Source: Candidatus Thalassarchaeum sp.
Lineage (GTDB): Archaea; Thermoplasmatota; Poseidoniia; Poseidoniales; Thalassarchaeaceae
Direction: 5' to 3'
DNA: 34,055 nucleotides
Assembly (NCBI GenBank): GCA_022449845.1
Contig: JAKUOE010000005.1
Location: 1-34,055 of the forward strand
The notes beneath the pieces are model-generated. The model did no database searches. It saw only the letters and a program-made list of their open reading frames with translations, and had not been told where the DNA came from. Of the stretch, positions 16,801-24,103 are shown in pieces. The first letter of the stretch is position 1. Every line of letters begins with the position of its first letter. Both the position numbers and the translations under genes were made by a program.

Positions 16801-19800
16801 GCAACATCACCAGAGATTGGAGCCGTTGACAGTTGAACAACTTCCTCTTCCACAATGGGTTCAGGCTCGGGAAGAGGGATATCTTCTTGTTTTGAAGGAG
16901 AGGATTTAGGGGGAGAGAATGTGGACCAAGTAGTTCCCTGAACACCACCAATTATTTTCTCATCCGGATTGATATAAGCGACAAGTTGTCGGTTGAGAAT
17001 ACGCAGATCCACATCTCCATCACTCGCTTTACTCGCCCAGATGGCTACGTGTTCCCGATCCACGCGATCGAGGTTCGTAGCCATGCGCTTGACCATCGTG
17101 AACGCCATTTGCGAGCCAAATCCAGCGGCATGTCGAACGACGTACTCAACATCCACAGGACCTCCAGTTGACAGGCGGAGATGGCCCAATTCCGGATCGG
17201 GTTCCTTGAAATTCGCGATGGGGGGGAATTCACCCTGACACAGACCGCGAATCGAGACCGCATCTTCGATTCCAGTTCCCATCGGGTGACCTGTGAATCC
17301 CTTCGTGTTCGTGATGATAATCTCCGATGCGCTGTCACCAAAGGTTCTGCGAAGAGCCTGAATCTCCGCTGATGCCGAGCCCCCACGTGGTGGAGTGGCT
17401 GGTTCATGGGACATGAAGGAGGTTCGGGCGGCGATTGTATGACGATTCAGGCCCCAATTCTCTTCCATTTTCGCGATGAAGGTCTCCAACGAATCCGAGA
17501 CATGGTCAACATCTAGGCGGGTTGGGTGGAAGGCTGAATTGGCAAGATGTGTGCCGAGAAGTTCAGCATAGGGTGTAACCCCACGCTCCATTGCTAAACT
17601 GTGACGTTCGAGGACGAATGCGGCCGCACCCATCCCGAGGAGCATGCCATTTCGACGGGCATCGAAGGGGACACTGACTTCATCGACAACATTGCCCATT
17701 GCATGAGCGCCTGCGGCAGCGAAGCCAGCACCAATCCACGTCATCAATTCATCACTGGTTGAATCATCGGCACTGACGATGATGACTCGGTCGCAACGAC
17801 CTGTAGCCAACCAATCTTCTGCGATGGCGATTGCAGAGGGTGTCGAGGCGCAGGCATTGTTGACGGAAGCATTGGGTCCCCGTGCCCCAATCCATTGAGC
17901 AAATTGCGAATGACCCATGGTGAGAATCTGCAGTAGGAAGCGCCGGTCGAAATTGCCATCCTCATCCGCTCCATTGTTCTGCGCGTGCCGCATCGCTTGA
18001 TCGATTCCAGGGAAGCATGAGGCGAAGAGGACACCGGTACGGTCCCTCTCTGAGTCGGGCAAATGCCAATGTTGAATCAAACGCTTACCGGCTTTGTTAA
18101 TCTGTTCAACAGCCAGCAATGGTAAGCCTGCGTCCTTGAGTGCTTCAAGCCCAGCAGCCAGAGCGAGAGAGGTTGTGATATCCATCGCTTCGACAATCTT
18201 CGGATCCAAGCCATACTGTTCGGCCAAATCGAAGTGGCCCCGCCGCCCTGCTAGTTGAGGAATCAAGGTGAAATCATCACAAGGAACGAATTCGGCAGAA
18301 CCATCGGGGTGTTTGATAATTCGAACTAGATTTCGATCGAGGAGGCGTTGTTTGACGTCATCAGAAAGTTCGGAAATGAAATTCTCTCCACGGATTATCC
18401 GATCCAATGCATCGGGTGAGAATACCTCCTCCATTCCAGGCAATCCAAGGCTGAGTCCACTGAATACATAGGGGTCTCTGCGCCGAGCAGAAAGCGGATC
18501 TTCCGAGGTATGTATTCGCCGGTCGCTGAGGGTCTGAACTGAGATAGAATGGCCTTGTGGAACCTCAGCCAACCATTCGACGAGGCCTGGCAGTGTTGTT
18601 GCATTTGTACTGCCTTTGACTTGGTATTTGGACTGAATTTTCTGATGAATCTCTGATATCTGTACATCATTCAATCCGATTGTAAGCAAATCTGTCGAGC
18701 CGTGAATCATTCGTACAGGGAAGCCACTAACATCAGATACGATTCTTGCAATCGCAGACTCCTTGGACATCCGGTTGGCTTCATCCTGCTCCTCTTCAGT
18801 CATCACTGAAACCGGTGGAGGTGAGGAAGTGGGTGGTGCCGCTGGAATGACATGAGTCGGGGTAGATGTTCGGACACCGGCTCGGAAAGCCTCAGTGAGA
18901 ATGTCACTATTTGCATCCGGAATCTGCGGTATGCGGCCGGATAGCGCATGCAGTGCGAGAGCAGCATGGAAGGAGGCAATGCCGCCAACCTTGGGATGAT
19001 TGGTATTGGCGATAATCTTCGGTCGATCTTCAAATATCTGTTCGGCAAAGAGAGCTAGGGCTCGCTTGGGGCCAACTTCGATGAACATGCGAGCCCCGCC
19101 CTCGTACATCGTCTCCATCTGCTGTGTCCATTCGACGGCGGAAGCCATCTGTGGAGCGAGTTTGGCCAATATTGCTTGCTTGGCACTGCTGCCTGCTGGA
19201 GCGACATTCGGGTACCAACCGCCATCGAAATTCGAGGTGATTGGAATATTCGGCAATCGAATATCCAAACCCTCAAGGAAAGCGCGCAATGGTTCGTTCG
19301 CTGGGGCTACGATTCTGGAATGGAATGCATGACTGGTTTGTAGTTGTACACAGGAGACTCCGGCGTCATCGAAAGCCTTCATCACCCGCTTCATCGGTTC
19401 GGTCTCTCCGGCAATGACGGTCATTTTCGGACTGTTCTTGTTGGCGGCAATGACGTAACCATCTTCTGCTTCCAACACGGCTTCAATCTGTTCATAGGGA
19501 GCGGAGACTGAAGCCATGATTCCAGTGTCCTGGACCTCGACGTTGCCCATCTCAGTACCTCGTGCTGCGACGGCACGAAGAGCCGAGTCGAAATCGAGAA
19601 TGTCTGCAACCATCAGGGCCGCATACTCCCCCAGTGAATGGCCAGCAACCATGTCGGGTTCAAGTCCGTGCGCCTTGAGGAGACGATGGATGCCGAGGTC
19701 GGCCGTGAGCATCGCGGGTTGTGTGTACTCTGTTTGTTTGAGTTTGAATTCTGCATCTTTCTTCTCATCCTCAGTCAGATTCTCTCGAAGCACGAAGGAG

Positions 19801-19985
19801 GACAGAGTTTCACCTTCGAGAACTTCAATCATGGTCTGATCCGCTTCATCCCAAGTCTCTCCAATACAACGATACCGTTTGGAGAGGTCAAGGGTCATGC
19901 CGACATACTGGCTACCCTGCCCTGGATAGAGTTGAGCAACCTTGGCCTGTTCGGGCAATGGTGCAGTGTCGGTAATCATGACCAT
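13869..19985 (-). CDS. Type I FAS/PKS megasynthase, C-terminal part: AT-(degenerate ACP)-KS2-ACP-KR-DH
   Basis: AT: YPGQGSQ, GHSLGE, SHAFHS. KS2: NACAS, [68 protein letters not shown]. Same frame as 20160-21812. Confidence 0.92.
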   Translation of the reverse strand: [2038 protein letters not shown]

Positions 19986-20159
19986 CTGTTTGGCGAGAAA
20001 ATCCCATTTCGAACGATCGTCAATAGACTTCTCAAGTAGATCAAAACGCTTTGCGAGTTGAAACCAATCGCTGGCGACAATTGCGCATCTGACACCTTCA
20101 GCAATGTATCCTTTACTCGCCTGTGGAAGAACGATGGAGAGACGCTTTCCATGAGGGTC

Positions 20160-21812
20160 TTAATCGAAATTCGAACCACTGAAAAGTTCAGCCCTTATGG
20201 AGGAAAGTTTGGCGGTTAGTGCTTCCAAATCGGGAGCGTTGACCAACAGGACGCCGCCTTCAATCTCCTTCAATTCAGCGTGTGAGAAAGTGGCTGTTGA
20301 TGAGAGTGTAGTTTGCGCAGAAGTCCCCGGGTTCAACCAAGCATTGCGACGGGTGTCGAACTCGTTGGCGAGAAGGGAATGGAAATCTCGATCGTAAGCT
20401 TCCAGTGCACAATGGAAATTCGTCCCTCCAAAACCGAAGGAAGAGACGCCAGCGCGGCGAGGGTGTCCGTTTGGAGCCAACCACGATTTGGGTTCAGTGG
20501 GAACATAGAATGGATTCGTTTCCCAATCGATGTTCTCGTTCGGTGTGGAAAATCCGGCACTTGGAGGAATCGTGCCTGTTTCAACTGCCCGAATCGCCTT
20601 GACAAGGCCGGCAATTCCGGCGGCGGCCTTGAGATGACCGATTTGACTCTTGATTGAACCCACGGCGACGTTGTCGCCCGGAGGTGTGTTGGTAAATGCG
20701 GCAGAGAGACTGGTCAACTCTGTTGCATCACCGACGACTGTGGAGGTCCCATGAGCTTCGATTAATTCGACTGTCGAAGAATCGTAACCAGCCTGCATGT
20801 ATGCCCGACTTACCGCTTGAATCTGGCCGCGGGTGCTCGGTGCAGTGATGCCTTTACCGCGACCATCACTACTCGCACCCACTCCACGGATCACCGCTTG
20901 AATGGAGTCGCCATCACGAATCGCATCGGAGAGTCGTTTCAATGCGAGGGCGCCCGACCCCTCACCCATGACAAAACCGTTCGCCTGAGAATCGAAGGGT
21001 GTTGAATGCGTGGCTGAAAGTGCGCCAATGGCGCTGAATTTTGCAAATGTAGCTGGATCCATGGTTCGATCGCTAGCGCCTGCAATCATCATGTCCACTT
21101 GGCGTGTCTGTAGTAGCCTGCAAGCGTCTAGAATGGCAGCAAAGGTGGATGCACAAGCAGCATCCGTGGAATAATTCGGACCTTGAAGGTCGAGGAGGTT
21201 GGCGACCCTACCAGCCACAACATTCGCGAGTTCGCCTGGCATTGTATCCTCAGTGACAAGGGGGAGGCCGTCGAGAATCGCGTCCTTGAACGCCGCCTTT
21301 CCTTCACTCGGCATCCCTCCCGCCTCGACAGCGTGACGTGCGAACTGATCAGCCCACACACGATGATTGGTCAGATTTCGATTCTCTCCTCCTAGAGCAT
21401 TTGCGAAGATTACACCGGTCCGCTCCCGAGGTAATTCACGGGCTCCTTCACCCATGTATCCTGCATCTTCCAAAGCGGCTGCACTGACGGTGACTGCCCA
21501 CTGTTGTGTTGGATCAATTTGAGGAAGAGAACCAGGGGGGATTCGCCAGCGGCGCCAATCAAATTCAAAATTTTCAACCCATCCACCAATCTTTGAGTAG
21601 GTCTTGTTCTCATCGACATTCTTTGGTCCCCCCTCAACCCAGAAATCAGAAGATACCCATCTGTTTTCGGGAACCTCCTTGAGTGAGACATGAGCAGACA
21701 AGATATTCGCCCAGAATGTTTGAAGATTCGGTGCATCGGGCAACAGAGTCCCGACACCGATTACGGCAATCGGTTCAAACGGATCCTGTGGATGTTCGTC
21801 AGGGATTGTCAA
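20160..21812 (-). CDS. Type I FAS/PKS megasynthase, N-terminal ketosynthase (KS1, PfaA-like); continues in frame past one TAA into 13869-19985
   Basis: EPIAVIG, IDPTQ, TDAACAS (Cys), EAHGTST, GSIKSQIGHLK and GVSSFGFGGTNFH. TTG start with a GAGGCGA SD; 58 open codons link the stop to the next ORF. Confidence 0.92.
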   Translation of the reverse strand: MTIPDEHPQDPFEPIAVIGVGTLLPDAPNLQTFWANILSAHVSLKEVPENRWVSSDFWVEGGPKNVDENKTYSKIGGWVENFEFDWRRWRIPPGSLPQIDPTQQWAVTVSAAALEDAGYMGEGARELPRERTGVIFANALGGENRNLTNHRVWADQFARHAVEAGGMPSEGKAAFKDAILDGLPLVTEDTMPGELANVVAGRVANLLDLQGPNYSTDAACASTFAAILDACRLLQTRQVDMMIAGASDRTMDPATFAKFSAIGALSATHSTPFDSQANGFVMGEGSGALALKRLSDAIRDGDSIQAVIRGVGASSDGRGKGITAPSTRGQIQAVSRAYMQAGYDSSTVELIEAHGTSTVVGDATELTSLSAAFTNTPPGDNVAVGSIKSQIGHLKAAAGIAGLVKAIRAVETGTIPPSAGFSTPNENIDWETNPFYVPTEPKSWLAPNGHPRRAGVSSFGFGGTNFHCALEAYDRDFHSLLANEFDTRRNAWLNPGTSAQTTLSSTATFSHAELKEIEGGVLLVNAPDLEALTAKLSSIRAELFSGSNFD

Positions 21813-21821
21813 TATCTCGCC

Positions 21822-22613
21822 TCAGTCACTGATGCTATCTGGAACCATCGTGCTGGAGTATCCAGCATCGACGTGAATCACTTGTCCTGTCACGCCGGAA
21901 CCTAGCGGGCTTGAAAGCCAAACTGCACAACCGGCAACATCGTCTTGGTTGACATTGCGGCGCAGAGGAGAATTGCGTTCGACATGATCCAATATGTCGT
22001 CGAAACCAGGGATGCCGCTCGCAGCCAAGGTTCGAATCGGACCAGATGAAATGGCGTTGACACGATGGCCGTCCTCACCGACTCGCATCGCCAATTCTCG
22101 AACCCATGCCTCAAGGGCGGCCTTGGCGATGCTCATGACACCATAATTGGGGACATAACGAGTGCTCGCAGCATAGGTGAGGGTGATCGTCGATGAATTC
22201 TCTGCTAGATGGGGCAAGGCATGACGCATGACACGTTGAAGAGAATGGGCGGAAATCGTCATCGCGATATTGAGGGGTTCATCTTCAACGAATAGCATGT
22301 GTCGATCAAAACATTCGCTCGGTGCGAAACCAATCGCATGGATGATGATGTCTGCCTTTGAACCGGGCGCTGCCTTCTGCCATTCCTGGAAAAATTCCGC
22401 TGTTGTCTCTTCAGAACCGACATCGATAGGATAGAATGCCTCGATGGCCGAAAGTTTGTCTTTGAGTTGGAAAACACGGCTCATGAATCGCTTCTGATAT
22501 CCAAGGATGAGTTTGCATCCGGCTTGCGCCAATCGATTGCAAATTGCCCAGGCAATTGAATCCTCAGATGCAACACCAAACACCAGTGCAGTTTTTCCTT
22601 CAAGTTGCAACAT
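21822..22613 (-). CDS. fabI: Enoyl-ACP reductase (FabI-type SDR)
   Basis: GVASEDSIAWAI, HAIGFAP, ISAHS, TLTY, PNYGVMSIAKAALE (YxxMxxxK), RVNAISSGPIRTLAASGI and VTGQVIHVDAG. Confidence 0.95.
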   Translation of the reverse strand: MLQLEGKTALVFGVASEDSIAWAICNRLAQAGCKLILGYQKRFMSRVFQLKDKLSAIEAFYPIDVGSEETTAEFFQEWQKAAPGSKADIIIHAIGFAPSECFDRHMLFVEDEPLNIAMTISAHSLQRVMRHALPHLAENSSTITLTYAASTRYVPNYGVMSIAKAALEAWVRELAMRVGEDGHRVNAISSGPIRTLAASGIPGFDDILDHVERNSPLRRNVNQDDVAGCAVWLSSPLGSGVTGQVIHVDAGYSSTMVPDSISD

Positions 22614-22624
22614 GAAACCACGTT

Positions 22625-22697
22625 CAGCCCTATGGGCTGTGGGCGTCGACAGCCGACGGGTTTTGAGGGTGCCCCTCAGAAGTGACCCTACGGGTCA
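22625..22697. repeat. Four tandem 15-bp inverted repeats (6-bp stem, 3-nt loop) at 19-20 bp spacing
   Basis: CAGCCC-TAT-GGGCTG (22625), CGTCGA-CAG-CCGACG (22644; sixth pair is G-U on the minus strand), TGAGGG-TGC-CCCTCA (22664) and TGACCC-TAC-GGGTCA (22683). Confidence 0.8.
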
Positions 22698-23591
22698 AAT
22701 TCCACCATAGAGTGCGCTGGGCCAGATACGGTGTACATGATTCATCAATTCTTCAACTTCATCGGCCCCCTCAATGTCCAGAAGTGCAGAAACTAGGGCA
22801 TGGGTGCGTTTGGGGACTGTTTTGGGTCCAAGTACAGCACCTGGACGGGATGGGTCGTCAAGATAATCCGTCTCCATCGTCCACGTCGAAGTGCAATTTC
22901 GATAGGTCTCTAGAAGAGTGGATACACTGTGTTTGCCCATGCTGACAGAGGAAGAGAGGTCATGTGTGAAATCAACAGCAACGTTTGCAGGAGCATAATG
23001 ATGAATGGCGCGCTGGCGTTGTAATCCAGAACGATCGCAGAGGATGGACAATTCCTCATTGGTTTGGGCCCCAGCATCCTCAACGTGCAATTGTATGGGG
23101 AAACCCGCTTTGGAGGCCATGCGCATGACCGTCTCCAGTTGCTCATTGGCTGCAGACCAAACCTCCTCAGATACTGGATAATGTGGCCGACCAACCTCAC
23201 CCAAAGCAACCGCGTCCCCTTGAGCACAGTATTCCAATGCCAGTGCCACAGAATCGAGGTGAAGTTGTGTGGATGCCTCCATACCCAATGTGTGTATTTG
23301 TTTCTCCCAAACCACAGGGTGAGGACCGAGAATCACTCGGACATCGATGCCCACTTCACGACGGACCGCGGCCGCCATATCCAACGTACCGATGTAAGCT
23401 TGTTTTACTGCATCAAGAGACTCGGGAAGTTCATTTGGAAATCCCGGCTTGTGAACCAAGCAGAGGTGAGTCCCCCCTGCATTGGCAAAGTCCTGCGCTG
23501 CTGCCAGACCACGCCCTCTGCTGTCTAGATGCATGTGGGTATCCCAAATGGGGCCGGTCCAACGGCCCTCGACGATTGTCATGTTCCTCAT
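22695..23591 (-). CDS. TatD-related metal-dependent hydrolase (archaeal type)
   Basis: DTHMHLD, LGPHP, ALGEVGRPHYPV, QLHVE, HHYA and METDYLDDPSRPGAVLGPKTVPKR. Confidence 0.9.
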   Translation of the reverse strand: MRNMTIVEGRWTGPIWDTHMHLDSRGRGLAAAQDFANAGGTHLCLVHKPGFPNELPESLDAVKQAYIGTLDMAAAVRREVGIDVRVILGPHPVVWEKQIHTLGMEASTQLHLDSVALALEYCAQGDAVALGEVGRPHYPVSEEVWSAANEQLETVMRMASKAGFPIQLHVEDAGAQTNEELSILCDRSGLQRQRAIHHYAPANVAVDFTHDLSSSVSMGKHSVSTLLETYRNCTSTWTMETDYLDDPSRPGAVLGPKTVPKRTHALVSALLDIEGADEVEELMNHVHRIWPSALYGGI

Positions 23592-24103
23592 CCCAGTAGA
23601 TTCTCATCGGAAAGTCGCTGCTTCCATCGACGAGCCGCCATTGAAACCAATTTTCCATGGCGGGCTTCAGTTGCAATACCTCGACCGTTGCGGAACAATA
23701 GCATCTGAATTTCATGGCGTGTGTCATTGATTCTAAGACAATCCAATTCTGCATCCATGACAGCTTCGGGATACAAATCTGGTACACCTTCGAGAGAAAT
23801 GGACGACTCAAAATCGAATGATGCGACCACAGGGCCGACCTCAAAGGACATCCCAGATTCATCCTCACCCATTCGCAAGAGAACCTCTTTTGCCGCAAGA
23901 TGAGCGAGGTCCTGTTTTCGACAACCGTGGACAATGATACGACCATCTTGATCGACCAAGAGGGTTGCACGTGGGGCGACCAGAGAGAGGGTGACATATC
24001 GGCCACTTCGCTTCCCTCCAATCTCATCGACAACCCGCTGTGGGTCGATGGGTGTAGCAGGGGTGAATCGGAACAATTGATTCTCAACGCGTGATTCCGT
24101 CAA
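23588..24103 (-). CDS. Highly divergent TATA-binding-protein (TBP)-fold protein
   Basis: 171 aa with two TBP-like half-repeats (RVEN...IDPQRV...PRATLLVDQDGRIIVHGCRK; VVASFDFESSISLE...MLLFRNGRGIATEAR); 4-bp overlaps with both neighbours. Confidence 0.65.
   Translation of the reverse strand: MTESRVENQLFRFTPATPIDPQRVVDEIGGKRSGRYVTLSLVAPRATLLVDQDGRIIVHGCRKQDLAHLAAKEVLLRMGEDESGMSFEVGPVVASFDFESSISLEGVPDLYPEAVMDAELDCLRINDTRHEIQMLLFRNGRGIATEARHGKLVSMAARRWKQRLSDENLLG

Noticed and set aside
20160-20162. Selenocysteine or pyrrolysine recoding of the PKS stop, given the SelB-like gene nearby
   Set aside because: The codon is TAA, not TGA or TAG; it falls in a linker; and the SelB-like protein lacks an intact G domain.
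19976-20179. 67-aa ORF bridging the two PKS ORFs, suggesting a double frameshift
   Set aside because: The PKS frame itself is open apart from one TAA, so this alternative-frame ORF is unnecessary.
13869-21812. Calling the megasynthase a standard PUFA synthase (pfaA)
   Set aside because: There is no tandem Ser-ACP array, no pfaB/C/D (no FabA-type DH pair or FMN enoyl reductase), and it has an extra internal KS and a FabI partner.
12718-22613. PKS cluster as a genomic island integrated at tRNA-Gly
   Set aside because: No integrase or transposase, no duplicated tRNA 3' end found by eye, the cluster lies on the 5' side of the tRNA, and composition looks like the flanking genes.
22625-22697. Mini CRISPR array
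   Set aside because: The units differ in sequence, are only 15 bp with 4-5 bp gaps, and no cas genes are present.
23431-24087. 218-aa alternative-frame ORF overlapping the TBP-like gene
   Set aside because: The 23588-24103 frame has 4-bp overlaps with both neighbours, an SD and a recognisable fold; this frame overlaps tatD extensively.
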